In this document: one piece after another, positions 37,828-48,724 of the stretch
Position numbering within the stretch: position 1 is the first letter of the stretch
Layout of the letters: each line of letters opens with the position of its first letter
NCBI RefSeq assembly: GCF_963977555.1
Contig: NZ_CAXBPD010000021.1
Location: forward strand, 19,195 to 83,194
Reading direction: 5' to 3'
DNA from: an uncultured Cyclobacterium sp.
GTDB taxonomy: Bacteria; Bacteroidota; Bacteroidia; Cytophagales; Cyclobacteriaceae
DNA length: 64,000 bases
The notes under the pieces: model-generated
Seen by the model: the letters and a program-made list of their open reading frames with translations, nothing else
What the model was told of the DNA's origin: nothing
Database searches by the model: none
Position numbers and translations under genes: made by a program

Positions 37828-39018
37828 ATGACTTTTATCAGGACAATAAACAGTTTGAAGGACAAGACCAGTAACCACTGGTTGGTATTGGGGATTTTGC
37901 TGGTGTCATTTAATCTAAGGCCATCCATTACAGCAGTAGGACCCCTAATCCCATTCATCAGGGATGAAATGTCGCTCTCCAACGGCATGGCGGGATTTCT
38001 TACTACCCTTCCCTTGCTTAGTTTCGCCGTTTTCTCCCTTTTCTCAGCGGCTATCGGAGACTATTTTGGCAAGGCCAAAGCCATATTTCTAGGTTTACTT
38101 GTCTTGGGTATTGGCTCTATGTTGAGGGTATCTGGAGGTCCCTATGTTCTTTTTATTGGCACTGCACTTACTGGCATCGGAATAGTCATCTGCAACGTCT
38201 TGCTTATTCCTTTGGTAAAGGCCCGAATGCCTTCCAAAACAGGGGCAGTTACGGGAATGTATAGTACAGGAATGTCATTAATGGCTGCCATTGCAACGGC
38301 ATTTAGTGTACCCCTGGCCATTGACCTTGGCTGGGGATGGAGAGGTTCACTACTTTTTTGGACTTCTTTGCTTTTTGCAGCACTTATCGCATGGTGGCCA
38401 CAGCTAAAACTTAGCCCTAAACCGAAGGTAAAACCTGAAAAAACCGGAAAGTCAGTTTGGCGTTCCAGACTGGCCTGGCAAGTGACCATGTTTATGGGCA
38501 TCCAATCTTTTTTATTTTTCACCTTGGTCACCTGGCTTCCTGACATGATGATCGAAAGGGGATTGTCTCCCGTTGAAGCTGGATTAACAGCATCCTTGAT
38601 GCAGGTGGTAGGATTGACAGGCACCTTCGTTGCACCATTTATTGCTGTCAAATACCAAAAACAATCCATTTTTAATATGTCTATCGGCATCCTCTATATT
38701 ATAGGGTTTACCAGTTTATTTATCCCTGTCTTGTGGTTAAATATATTTAGCATTGGACTTGTAGGCCTTGGAATGGGAGCAAGTATAAGCCTTGCTTATA
38801 CCCTTATCACCCTTCGGACCAAGGGGGACAATTATACCTCAGCCTTGTCTGGGATGGCGCAATCTGCTGGCTATTTTCTGGCTGCTTTTGGCCCCATGTT
38901 ATTTGGCATCGCCTTCGATATTTGGCAGGATTGGGACCTATTGATTTACCTCATGATTTTGGCTTCCTGTATGTTTACCTATTTCGGGTATTTTGCGGGT
39001 AAAAACAAAACAGTTTAG
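37828..39018 (+). CDS. CynX/NimT family MFS transporter
   Basis: NLRPSITAVGPL, LTTLPLL.FA, SGMAQSAGY; 12 TM segments. Confidence 0.9.
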   Translation: MTFIRTINSLKDKTSNHWLVLGILLVSFNLRPSITAVGPLIPFIRDEMSLSNGMAGFLTTLPLLSFAVFSLFSAAIGDYFGKAKAIFLGLLVLGIGSMLRVSGGPYVLFIGTALTGIGIVICNVLLIPLVKARMPSKTGAVTGMYSTGMSLMAAIATAFSVPLAIDLGWGWRGSLLFWTSLLFAALIAWWPQLKLSPKPKVKPEKTGKSVWRSRLAWQVTMFMGIQSFLFFTLVTWLPDMMIERGLSPVEAGLTASLMQVVGLTGTFVAPFIAVKYQKQSIFNMSIGILYIIGFTSLFIPVLWLNIFSIGLVGLGMGASISLAYTLITLRTKGDNYTSALSGMAQSAGYFLAAFGPMLFGIAFDIWQDWDLLIYLMILASCMFTYFGYFAGKNKTV

Positions 39019-39245
39019 TCCACATACTTTGTGAATTGGATTAATCCAACAGGACTTAAAATAATGGAAGTCACCTAATTTAACTCCTTACCCCTATCCT
39101 TTACCCTTCAAAGAGAACAAGAGTAACCAGGAGGTTCTAAAAAGATCTTATTAGTTTGTGAATTGCTTATTGTATATTTTTGATGAAATGATATAAATTG
39201 GTTTTGTTTTCCTATTTTTGCAGATTGTAACCAAAGACAAATAGC

Positions 39246-39848
39246 ATGCAGGAATTTTTTGAATCTATTGGCATCAGTGCCCCAGTATTTGATTACCTGG
39301 TGATGCCACTTTTAATCTTTTTAGCCAGGGTAGTAGATGTTTCTATAAATACCCTGAGGATTATGTTTGTCTTAAATGGCAAAAAAACCATCGCTCCTAT
39401 ACTCGGGTTTTTTGAAGCACTTATCTGGTTATTGGCCATAGGACAGATTTTCCAAAACATCAGCAATCCCATGTCTTATATCGCATATGCTGGTGGGTTT
39501 GCCATGGGCAATTATGTAGGCATGGTAATAGAGGAGCAACTTGCCTTGGGTAGAGTACTTGTAAGGGTAATTACCCCTGAGCCTTTGCCTGAGCTAGTAG
39601 AATACATGAAAGAAAAGGGCTATCGCTTTACTTCTGTAGGTGCAGAAGGGCGTTACGGGAAGGTGATTTTAATGTTTACGGTCATTAAGAGGGAAATGCT
39701 TAAAAGCTTTATTAGCAAATTAAAAGAAAGTCACGAAAAGGCTTTCTACACCATTGAGAGTGTGAAGCGTATTTCAGAGGACGACTTGAACCTTATGGAA
39801 GAAAAGCCAAGATTTGCTTCCCGATTAAAAAGTATGATAAGAAAGTAA
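39246..39848 (+). CDS. DUF2179/DUF5698 (UPF0316) membrane protein
   Basis: IFLARVVDVS..TLR, LGFFEALIWL, YAGGFAMGNYVG. Confidence 0.88.
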   Translation: MQEFFESIGISAPVFDYLVMPLLIFLARVVDVSINTLRIMFVLNGKKTIAPILGFFEALIWLLAIGQIFQNISNPMSYIAYAGGFAMGNYVGMVIEEQLALGRVLVRVITPEPLPELVEYMKEKGYRFTSVGAEGRYGKVILMFTVIKREMLKSFISKLKESHEKAFYTIESVKRISEDDLNLMEEKPRFASRLKSMIRK

Positions 39849-39854
39849 CTGATT

Positions 39855-40541
39855 TTACTTCTCAAATTTTACTTCTCCAAGGTTCCGCATGTTCCTTAAA
39901 ATCCAGCTTTGCCGATTTCGAATATAATTCGTTGGTTTATCTGGCCGCCATCTTATCGGATTTGGAAGAACTGCTGCAATCAGAGCAGCCTCTTGTCTGT
40001 TCAATTCAGAAGCTGGTTTTTTGAAATAATATTGAGCAGCCGCCTCCGCACCATAGATTCCATCCCCCATTTCTATCACATTCAGGTAGACTTCGAGTAT
40101 CCTTTCTTTGCCCCACAAAAACTCAATTAAAACGGTAAAATAGGCCTCTAATCCTTTTCTAACAAAATTTCTTCCAGGCCACAAGAAGACGTTCTTGGCC
40201 GTTTGATTGGAAATAGTACTCCCTCCTTTTAATTGCTTTCCTGACTTATTACCCTTAAAGGCATTTTCTATGGCCTCCCAATCAAAACCTCCATGACTTA
40301 AAAACTTTTGGTCTTCTGAGGCAATTACCGCCAAGTATAAGTGAGGGGATATTTTTTCAATAGGCTCCCAATCCTTTTTTAAAACCAGGCTTTTCTCATT
40401 CGAAAAAACCTGTTCTACAGTTCTAATCCCCATTAAAGGCGTGAAATAAACTGGAAAAATACTGAGCAACACTACCATTACTATAGATGCTACGAACATA
40501 GCAAGCAGCGCTTTACCTAACCATGAAATAATCTTCTTCAA
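39855..40541 (-). CDS. mtgA: Monofunctional peptidoglycan transglycosylase
   Basis: IASEDQKF..H.GFD, GGSTISNQTAKN, RKGLEA, YLNVIEMG GT51 motifs. Confidence 0.95.
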   Translation of the reverse strand: MKKIISWLGKALLAMFVASIVMVVLLSIFPVYFTPLMGIRTVEQVFSNEKSLVLKKDWEPIEKISPHLYLAVIASEDQKFLSHGGFDWEAIENAFKGNKSGKQLKGGSTISNQTAKNVFLWPGRNFVRKGLEAYFTVLIEFLWGKERILEVYLNVIEMGDGIYGAEAAAQYYFKKPASELNRQEAALIAAVLPNPIRWRPDKPTNYIRNRQSWILRNMRNLGEVKFEK

Positions 40542-40809
40542 AGGATGTGTTTTTAAAAACCCAACGCGAATTAACTTAAAAAAATTCCTAATAGATAGTA
40601 GCGCTTAATCAATAGCGCTCGGAAAAAAGCTAGCCAATTGAGTGCTGAAATTACTATAAAGGTATGTCATTTCACTTTTATTGAACGAAGCTAACTTGCT
40701 TCCTCCTTTAAAAGGATTCAACTGCATTATTGTAATTTCAGCACTTCTATTACGTATCAAAAACAAGCCATTAAAAAGTCTTTGCTGACTTATCCAATAC
40801 GGCTCAATC

Positions 40810-42069
40810 TTATTCAGGATATTGAGACAAGTCCAACACTTCATCATCCAAGTAATGAGGATACATTGTTTTATGTATCTTTTTTACTTCAGCAATAATG
40901 GCTTCTCTGAACCCCTCAATATTGGTTCCATTCTCAGCCGCCATAAATACAGGGTTTATGGCTGATTTTTTAACATAACTTTCTTCCAGCTTGTCAAAAT
41001 CAATAAAATTAGCCTGCTCTACCTCGAATTCTGACATCTCCATCAATTTGTCCTCTGAAGGCATCTTAGGCGCAATGTCAATTTTGTTGAAAACCATGAT
41101 CACAGGCTTATCACCTGCACCCATTTCACTTAATGTTTGGTTGACCACTGTAACCTGATCTTCAAACCCTGGATGCGCAATGTCAACCACATGAACCAAG
41201 AGATCCGCCTCCTCTATTTCGGAAAGGGTAGATTTGAAAGATTCAATGAGGTGGGTAGGGAGTTTTCTAATAAATCCTACCGTATCAGAAATCAAAAACG
41301 GAACATTTTCCAGCACTACTTTTCTAACCGTAGAATCTACCGTAGCAAATAGTTTGTTCTCTGCAAGGATATTCTCTTTTGTCAATAGGTTCATGAGGGT
41401 ACTTTTACCAACATTGGTATAACCAACCAATGCTACCCTTACGATGCCTTCCCTACTCTTCCTTTGAGTTTGACCTTGCTGCTCAATTTTCTTGAGTTTT
41501 TCCTTAAGGATGTCAATTTTTCTTCTGATATCTCGCTTATCTGTTTCTATCTCTTTTTCACCAGCTCCACCACGAGTAGCAGTACCCCCTCTCTGGCGTT
41601 CAAGGTGAGTCCACATTCTTGTTAGCCTTGGAAGAAGGTATTGAAAACGTGCCAATTCCACCTGGGTTTTTGCCTGGGCTGACTGGGCCCTATTTAGGAA
41701 TATATCCAAGATCAACATGGATCTATCGTAAACCTTAATCTTCAACTCATTCTCCAGGACCTTTACTTGAGAAGGGCTTAGGTCTTCATCAAAGATTACC
41801 ATGTCTACTTCAAAGTGATCTATATAGGATTTTATATCCTCAAGTTTACCTGAGCCTACAAAAGTCCTGGTGTCTGGTTTATCCATACCTTGGGTAAACC
41901 GATGAACAGCTTTCGCTCCCAATGTTTCTGTCAGAAACGCCAGCTCATCCAAATGTTCGTGCACCAAGGCCTCAGTCTCATTTTGGTGGATAAGTGCCAC
42001 CAAAACAGCAGTCTCTTCTTTTGGAGAATTATCTACTAATTTTGCTAATTTTCTACTGTGTTTACTCAT
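40810..42069 (-). CDS. hflX: GTPase HflX
   Basis: GYTNVGKS, LFATVD, DTVGFI, NKID; RGGAGEKEIETD. Confidence 0.97.
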   Translation of the reverse strand: MSKHSRKLAKLVDNSPKEETAVLVALIHQNETEALVHEHLDELAFLTETLGAKAVHRFTQGMDKPDTRTFVGSGKLEDIKSYIDHFEVDMVIFDEDLSPSQVKVLENELKIKVYDRSMLILDIFLNRAQSAQAKTQVELARFQYLLPRLTRMWTHLERQRGGTATRGGAGEKEIETDKRDIRRKIDILKEKLKKIEQQGQTQRKSREGIVRVALVGYTNVGKSTLMNLLTKENILAENKLFATVDSTVRKVVLENVPFLISDTVGFIRKLPTHLIESFKSTLSEIEEADLLVHVVDIAHPGFEDQVTVVNQTLSEMGAGDKPVIMVFNKIDIAPKMPSEDKLMEMSEFEVEQANFIDFDKLEESYVKKSAINPVFMAAENGTNIEGFREAIIAEVKKIHKTMYPHYLDDEVLDLSQYPE

Positions 42070-42296
42070 TCAGAAAGTTTAATTCAATCTCTTTAATACA
42101 AGAATTTACAACGTATTGCTATACCAATAGATTCACTATCAGTCAAATTAAATGCCACATTTTGTGGACTTTCTTTATTAAAATAGCTTATTGTCAACAT
42201 CTTTAAACTGTAACTTCAAAAATTCGTCTTAAATTTATATATCTTCATAAGATATTTAGCAAATTACACCATTTTTAAAGAAATAAATCCAAAGGT

Positions 42297-42848
42297 ATGG
42301 AAATCAGGGAAACGCCTATTAAAGATGTATATGAAATCTACCCAAAAGTATTTAAAGATGCAAGGGGTTATTTTTTGGAAAGTTACCGCGAAGATAGTTT
42401 TAAAAACAAAGGAATGAACACGTCTTGGGTACAAGACAATCAGTCTTATTCAGAAGCTGGTATAGTAAGGGGGCTGCATTTTCAAAGGGGGAAACATGCC
42501 CAGGCAAAGCTTGTCAGGGTAATAAGTGGCAAGGTTTTGGATGTTTGCGTTGACCTAAGAAAAGGGTCGGCCACCTATGGTAAATTCCATTCAGTTGTAT
42601 TGGATGAAAAACTTCAAAACATGCTCTATGTACCGACTGGATTTGCGCATGGCTTCGCCGTTTGGGAGGAAGCAGTTTTTACTTACAAATGTTCAAACCT
42701 ATACAATAAAGAAAGTGAAGGTGGAATTATTTGGAATGATAATGAGTTAAACATTGATTGGGGAGTGGAAGAACCACTTCTGTCTGAAAAAGACCAGCTT
42801 TGGCCTGACCTTAAAACATTCACCGAAATAAGTAAAGGAGGACTTTAA
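42297..42848 (+). CDS. rfbC: dTDP-4-dehydrorhamnose 3,5-epimerase
   Basis: VQDNQS.S..G.VRGLHFQ, QAKLV, GFAHGF. Confidence 0.96.
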   Translation: MEIRETPIKDVYEIYPKVFKDARGYFLESYREDSFKNKGMNTSWVQDNQSYSEAGIVRGLHFQRGKHAQAKLVRVISGKVLDVCVDLRKGSATYGKFHSVVLDEKLQNMLYVPTGFAHGFAVWEEAVFTYKCSNLYNKESEGGIIWNDNELNIDWGVEEPLLSEKDQLWPDLKTFTEISKGGL

Positions 42849-43603
42849 TGTCTATCATTAAACTATTCAGAAAACTAAAGCGCTCACCTAATGTACAGCA
42901 CCTTGACCTGAGTTGGGTAGGTACTGACATGCACAGTCATTTGATTCCTGGCATTGACGATGGTGCCCAAAAAATGGAGGAATCCATTGCCTTAATTACC
43001 AGACTTTCGGGTTATGGATTAAAGAAGCTTATCATTACCCCGCACATTATGAGTGAGTTTTTTAAAAACACTCCAGAAATCATAAACGCCGGTTTAGAGA
43101 AGCTTAAAATAGCGGTAGAAGAAGCCGGAATTGATATAGAATTGGAAGCCGCAGCAGAATATTACCTGGATGAAATATTCTATGAAAAAGTAGAAAACAA
43201 TGAACCTATCCTTTCATTTGGCACCAATAAAATGGTGCTTGTGGAAACAGGTTTTATGAGCAAGCCACACATTCTTTTGGAAACATTCTTCAAAATGGAA
43301 ATGTTAGGTTATCAGCCTGTATTTGCGCACCCAGAAAGGTACATCTACTTGCATCAAGAACTTGAAACTCTTGAGGCCCTGGTTGATAGAAACATTCCTT
43401 TTCAGCTTAACTTGCTTTCTCTTACTGGTTACTATTCTAAAGGAGTAAAAAAGTTTGCTGAAAAATTAATTGACAAGGATTTAATAAAATTGGTTGGGAC
43501 AGATTGTCACAATGAAAAATACCTTGATGCGATGGAAAGATTGCCACATAGTAAATACTTTGACAAATTGCAGGAATTGGATTTGTGGAATAAAAATTTA
43601 TAA
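42848..43603 (+). CDS. CpsB/CapC-family PHP tyrosine-protein phosphatase
   Basis: DMHSHLIPGIDDG, TPH, AHPERY, GTDCH. Confidence 0.92.
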   Translation: MSIIKLFRKLKRSPNVQHLDLSWVGTDMHSHLIPGIDDGAQKMEESIALITRLSGYGLKKLIITPHIMSEFFKNTPEIINAGLEKLKIAVEEAGIDIELEAAAEYYLDEIFYEKVENNEPILSFGTNKMVLVETGFMSKPHILLETFFKMEMLGYQPVFAHPERYIYLHQELETLEALVDRNIPFQLNLLSLTGYYSKGVKKFAEKLIDKDLIKLVGTDCHNEKYLDAMERLPHSKYFDKLQELDLWNKNL

Positions 43604-43622
43604 CAAAAACCTGTAAGCGTTA

Positions 43623-44591
43623 TTGCGTGTGAAAAAAATATTGATTACCGGCATTACCGGACTTTTGGGAAGCTATTTAGCAAAAAGCTATGCTGGTAAG
43701 GCAATTATATCAGGCCTCAAAAGACCAAAAAGCAGCACAGCACTTCTCGGTAATTTGTCTTCTCAAATCAAATGGTTTGAAGGCGAGATCACAGATGTGG
43801 AGTTGCTTATAGAAGCTTGTAAAGAGCAAGACATGGTAATTCATGCTGCAGGCATGGTTTCATTTGATGAATCTAAAAAAGAAGCCTTGCTTCAAACCAA
43901 TACGCAAGGGACTGCCTGTCTGGTCAATGCCATGCTCACTACTAATTGCAAAAAACTCGTTTTTATTAGTTCTGTAGCAGCTCTTGGCCGTGACGCTATT
44001 CCCCGTATCAACGAAAATCAAAAATGGGTCAATTCGCCCCTCAATACTCCCTACGCCATATCCAAACATCTTGCTGAACTTGAAGTTTGGAGAGGTGCCC
44101 AGGAAGGTCTTGAGGTAATGGTTTTTAATCCATCCATCCTTCTGGCCAAGGTAAGTGACGAAAGAAGCAGCAGCCAGATTTACAGGTATGTTTTAGAAGG
44201 TAACAGGTATTACCCTATAGGCGACGTTAATTATATTGACATCAGAGATGCTGTATCACTCATAACCACGACTATAGCCTCAGCATCCTGGGGAAACCGA
44301 TATATTATAAGTAAGGAAGCCATTTCTTATGAAAAATTCTTTACTGAAATGGCCTTGGAATTTAAATTAAAACCTCCCAAAAAACCGTTGAACAACCTGG
44401 TGGCCAAGATGGTAATCAATTGGTCAATGCTATACAATTATTTTGCTAAAAATAAAATACCCGTTACCCGGCAAACGATTCAATCAGCACAGACCAAAAT
44501 AGAATATGACAACACTAAAATTAACGAATTAACAAAGTATACCTATACGTCTTTAAGGGACACATTTAAATGGGCTAAATCCATAAATTAG
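43623..44591 (+). CDS. NAD-dependent epimerase/dehydratase family protein
   Basis: ITGITGLLG, HAAG, SSVAA, YAISK; GTG at 43629 is an alternative start. Confidence 0.9.
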   Translation: MRVKKILITGITGLLGSYLAKSYAGKAIISGLKRPKSSTALLGNLSSQIKWFEGEITDVELLIEACKEQDMVIHAAGMVSFDESKKEALLQTNTQGTACLVNAMLTTNCKKLVFISSVAALGRDAIPRINENQKWVNSPLNTPYAISKHLAELEVWRGAQEGLEVMVFNPSILLAKVSDERSSSQIYRYVLEGNRYYPIGDVNYIDIRDAVSLITTTIASASWGNRYIISKEAISYEKFFTEMALEFKLKPPKKPLNNLVAKMVINWSMLYNYFAKNKIPVTRQTIQSAQTKIEYDNTKINELTKYTYTSLRDTFKWAKSIN

Positions 44592-44691
44592 TAAAAATCA
44601 GGACCCCGTTAAATAACCATAAATACTTAAGTGGATAACACTTCAAAAAGAAAATATTTGGTATCTTAAGTTTAAATTATAGATCAAACCT

Positions 44692-46104
44692 ATGACAGGA
44701 GATTTTGATAATCAATCAGATCAAGAGAAAGAATTGGTTAAGAGGTTTGAAAACTCACTTAGCGCAAACCTTGACTTGTTTTTCGGAGAGGAAGAATTAG
44801 AGGATATCATTCGATATTACCACGAACATTTTAAATATAGAAAAGCATTAAAGACGAGCCAATTGGCGATATTAAAATTCCCTTTTTCTATAGAAATCAA
44901 ATTATTGATGGCTCAATCTTTGATTTTTTTAGATGACGTGGAAGAAGGTTTGGAAATTCTTGAAAACCTAAATAATATCTCTCCAAACAATGAAGACATC
45001 ATACTGACACTGGCAAATGCCATGTCTATTCTTGATCAAAATGCTGATGCTATTCAGTTACTTCACGGTTTCATGCCACTGGCAGAAGACAAGGCAGAGG
45101 TTTTTTATCTTTTAGGTAATTTTTACAGAATTGAAAACAAGAATAAAGAGGCTATAGACTGCCTTAAAGAAGCCGTAAAACTCAAAATCAACCACGAAGA
45201 TGCATTGTTTCAGTTGGCAATGCTGACAGATGAAGAAGGTTCCTTTGATGAAATTTTGGCTTTCTATCAAGAGTTCATTGACCATGATCCTTATAATGCC
45301 AACGCTTGGTACAATTTAGGCGTTGTTCATAACCGCCTGGGGAATTTTGAAGATGCCATTGAGGCCTACGAGTACACCCTTCTGATAGACGATACCTTTG
45401 CTTCGGCTTACTTTAACCTGGGCAATGCCCTCATGAATACCAACCAGTATGAAAAAGCGCTGGAAGCCTATCAAAACACCATAAATTGTGAAGGGAGCAA
45501 CGCTGAAAATTGTTGCTACCTGGCAGCTTCTTATGAAAAGCTAGATCAGATTGATATGGCTTTTAAGTATTTTAAAAAGTCAGCGAAGTTAGACACCGAA
45601 TACGATGATGCATGGTTTGGACTAGGGATGTGCATGGCCAAAAAGAAAAAATATTTTGAGGCCATTCATTATTTCAAAAAAGCCATTAAGCTTACGGCAG
45701 AGAATGCTACCTATTGGGTAGGTCTTGCTGATGCTGAATACGAATTGGGAAATCTTCAATCAAGTTCCGAAGCTTATGAGGAGGCTATTAATCTGGAACC
45801 GGGTATTTTAGAAACCTATGTCAACTTGTCTTTGATTTACTTTGACCAGAATCGATTTGAAGAAGCCGAGGATGTAATTAAAGAAGGATTAGAAGAGTTG
45901 CCTGAAGAAGCATCTTTGTATTATCGACTGGTAGTATACTTGATTAAGACAGGTAAATACAAAGAAGCCTTTTCAATTTTGGAAAATGCATTAACTTTGG
46001 ACTTTGAAAAACACGTCCTCCTTTATGAGTTGATGCCAGAACTGGAACAACAGAAGGCAATTTACAAAATAATTAACCAGTATAGAGAGGGTTCTAAAGA
46101 ATAG
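44692..46104 (+). CDS. Tetratricopeptide repeat protein
   Basis: Multiple TPRs (AWYNLG, AYFNLGNA, AWFGLG). Confidence 0.92.
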   Translation: MTGDFDNQSDQEKELVKRFENSLSANLDLFFGEEELEDIIRYYHEHFKYRKALKTSQLAILKFPFSIEIKLLMAQSLIFLDDVEEGLEILENLNNISPNNEDIILTLANAMSILDQNADAIQLLHGFMPLAEDKAEVFYLLGNFYRIENKNKEAIDCLKEAVKLKINHEDALFQLAMLTDEEGSFDEILAFYQEFIDHDPYNANAWYNLGVVHNRLGNFEDAIEAYEYTLLIDDTFASAYFNLGNALMNTNQYEKALEAYQNTINCEGSNAENCCYLAASYEKLDQIDMAFKYFKKSAKLDTEYDDAWFGLGMCMAKKKKYFEAIHYFKKAIKLTAENATYWVGLADAEYELGNLQSSSEAYEEAINLEPGILETYVNLSLIYFDQNRFEEAEDVIKEGLEELPEEASLYYRLVVYLIKTGKYKEAFSILENALTLDFEKHVLLYELMPELEQQKAIYKIINQYREGSKE

Positions 46105-46140
46105 AAGCTCTTATTTATCTATTTATCAAAATTATATTGA

Positions 46141-46902
46141 ATGAATTACATCCTAAATAGCATCCCATTCAGAACGCAAAAGCCTAGAAATACCGGATAT
46201 ACCATGGCGATGGATAAGGGTTTAAGTCTAAGAGAGGTGGAAGATTTCCTAGAATCGAACGGAGATTACGTAGATATCGTAAAATTAGGATGGGCCACTT
46301 CCTATGTCACAAGCAAGCTCCAAGAAAAAATTGACATCTACCGCTCTGCAGGAATACCCGTTTACTTTGGTGGAACATTATTTGAAGCCTTTATCGTAAG
46401 GAATCAATTTGATGATTACAGAAGACTTTTGGATAAATACAAGCTTTCATTTGTAGAGGTTTCTGATGGTTCCATCACATTGGATCATGACGAGAAATGC
46501 GAATACATTAGTACGCTGGCAAAAGAAGTCACGGTTCTTTCAGAAGTTGGTTCTAAAGATGCTGCTAAAATCATTCCTCCTTACAAGTGGATTGATCAGA
46601 TGCAAAAAGAATTAAGTGCTGGCGCGTGGAAAGTAATCGGGGAAGCCAGGGAAGGTGGTACCGTTGGTCTTTTCAGGGATTCAGGAGAAGTAAGGCAAGG
46701 TCTTGTAGAGGAAATTTTGACCCAGATTCCAGAAGAAAAAATAATTTGGGAGGCCCCACAAAAAGAACAGCAGGTCTGGTTTATTAAACTAATAGGGACA
46801 AATGTTAACCTAGGAAATATCGCACCTAACGAAATTATTCCTTTGGAAACATTAAGGCTTGGACTAAGAGGAGATACTTTCGATTTCTTTTTAGATAAAT
46901 AA
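46141..46902 (+). CDS. comA: Phosphosulfolactate synthase (ComA) family protein
   Basis: KPR..G.TM..DKG, VKLGWATS, EVGSK, EAREGG, WEAP.K.QQ, LETLRLGLRGDT. Confidence 0.92.
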   Translation: MNYILNSIPFRTQKPRNTGYTMAMDKGLSLREVEDFLESNGDYVDIVKLGWATSYVTSKLQEKIDIYRSAGIPVYFGGTLFEAFIVRNQFDDYRRLLDKYKLSFVEVSDGSITLDHDEKCEYISTLAKEVTVLSEVGSKDAAKIIPPYKWIDQMQKELSAGAWKVIGEAREGGTVGLFRDSGEVRQGLVEEILTQIPEEKIIWEAPQKEQQVWFIKLIGTNVNLGNIAPNEIIPLETLRLGLRGDTFDFFLDK

Positions 46903-46934
46903 ATTTCAAATCTCTTTAGTTAAAAGTCCAACCA

Positions 46935-47870
46935 ATGAATAAGTTTAGTGAGAAGGCATTGCTTTTTTTAAAAGGCATGGGTATGGGAAGTGCTGACATT
47001 GTCCCCGGGGTTTCAGGGGGATCTATTGCTCTGGTAACAAAAATCTATGAAGAGCTCCTGGCGAGCATCAATTCATTTGACCTTGCAGCGCTAAAACTCC
47101 TCACTAAACTTGACATTGTCGCTTTCTGGAAACATGTAAATGCAAGCTTTTTACTGACCTTATTTCTAGGAATTCTTACAAGTATTTTTGCTTTCTCGAA
47201 AGCCATAACGTTTTTCATAGAAAAGTATCCTATTCCGCTGTGGTCGTTCTTCTGCGGGCTGATACTTATTAGTGCGATCATCATTTTAAGGGACATCAAA
47301 CGCTGGAATTTAATTGCCATTCTGATGTTCCCAATAGGGGTAATCATAGCTTATTTTATTACAGAGCTACCCATGATTTCTTCCCCAAATAACATTTGGT
47401 TTACTTTCATTTCCGGATCCATTGCCATTTGTGCCATGATCCTGCCTGGAATATCAGGTAGCTTCTTATTACTTATTCTGGGCAAATACGAATACATCCT
47501 CAATGCTGTCAATGAAAAAGACTTCGCTGTTTTGGCTGTATTTGCTTTGGGTTGCATTACAGGTTTACTGCTATTCAGCAGAGTGATTTCCTGGTTCTTG
47601 AAAAACTACCATGCCATTACATTGTCTTTTTTATCAGGTTTCATGATAGGCTCTATCAATAAAATCTGGCCATGGAAGAAGATACTCAGCTATAGAATGT
47701 CAAGCTCAGGTACTCAAAAACCCTTTTTGACAGAGAATATTTTACCACATGTTTATTTTTCCGAGACAGGCCAAGAACCTGCTTTTTTGATTGCCATTAT
47801 GGCATTCTTAATTGGAGTAATCCTCGTAGTTGGCCTTGAAAGAATTGCATATAATTTTAGAAAAGAATGA
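46935..47870 (+). CDS. DUF368 family membrane protein (putative undecaprenyl-phosphate translocase family)
   Basis: GMGSADIVPGVSGG, AMILPGISGS..LLILG.Y. Confidence 0.9.
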   Translation: MNKFSEKALLFLKGMGMGSADIVPGVSGGSIALVTKIYEELLASINSFDLAALKLLTKLDIVAFWKHVNASFLLTLFLGILTSIFAFSKAITFFIEKYPIPLWSFFCGLILISAIIILRDIKRWNLIAILMFPIGVIIAYFITELPMISSPNNIWFTFISGSIAICAMILPGISGSFLLLILGKYEYILNAVNEKDFAVLAVFALGCITGLLLFSRVISWFLKNYHAITLSFLSGFMIGSINKIWPWKKILSYRMSSSGTQKPFLTENILPHVYFSETGQEPAFLIAIMAFLIGVILVVGLERIAYNFRKE

Positions 47871-48613
47871 GAAAATTTGGCTTAATAGGTTACCCATTAA
47901 CACATTCCTTTTCAAAAAAATATTTTTCAGATAAATTCACCCGGGAGGGAAAAAATGATTGTCTATACGACCTTTACGAAATCGCCAATATTACGGATTT
48001 GCCCAGTATTATTGACGCTCAAAAGGAGTTAATAGGCATCAATGTAACGATCCCTTATAAGGAACAAGTCATCCCCTATTTGGACAACCTTGACCCAGCA
48101 TGTGCTGCTATAGGAGCGGTGAACTGCATCAAACTAACCCCTCAAGGTTTGGTGGGCTACAACACCGATTATTATGGCTTTAAAACCTCTTTAAGCAATT
48201 GGTTGGGAGCAGAAAAACCTAAAGCACTAATTTTAGGTACAGGTGGCGCTTCCAAAGCCGTTTGCCAAGCATTGGATGACCTGAATATCCCTTTCCTAAA
48301 AGTTTCTCGAAATCCTGATCCTTCATCCAAAAACACAATTAGTTACGAAGCTGTAAAAGCGTCTCCTGATTACCTATCAGAATACCCTCTTATCATAAAC
48401 ACCACTCCTTTGGGTACTTTCCCCAATGTTTCAGCCATGCCTGACCTGCCTGTATCGAAGCTTAATAAAAACAATTGGTATTATGACCTGGTCTATAATC
48501 CTACAGAAACGGCCATGATGACTGCTGCTGAAAAGATGGGTGCCAAAACAAAAAATGGAATAGAAATGCTCCATTTACAGGCAGAGGCTGCCTGGGAAAT
48601 CTGGAACAGATAA
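47867..48613 (+). CDS. aroE: Shikimate dehydrogenase
   Basis: HSFS, NVTIPYK, GAVNC, NTD, GTGGA, DLVYNP, QAE. Confidence 0.93.
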   Translation: MRKFGLIGYPLTHSFSKKYFSDKFTREGKNDCLYDLYEIANITDLPSIIDAQKELIGINVTIPYKEQVIPYLDNLDPACAAIGAVNCIKLTPQGLVGYNTDYYGFKTSLSNWLGAEKPKALILGTGGASKAVCQALDDLNIPFLKVSRNPDPSSKNTISYEAVKASPDYLSEYPLIINTTPLGTFPNVSAMPDLPVSKLNKNNWYYDLVYNPTETAMMTAAEKMGAKTKNGIEMLHLQAEAAWEIWNR

Positions 48614-48662
48614 AGTAACTAAAGAAGCGCCTTTTCTTAAGGTAACCACCTCCTGTTGAGAC

Positions 48663-48704
48663 AAAAAAGAAACCTACAGACATAGGCTTGTAGGTTTCTT
48701 TTTT
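48663..48704. terminator. Bidirectional intrinsic terminator
   Basis: aaaaaagaaacctaca / tgtaggtttctttttt 16-bp inverted repeat between convergent genes. Confidence 0.85.
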
Positions 48705-48724
48705 ACCGCTTTTTGAATACTCGA

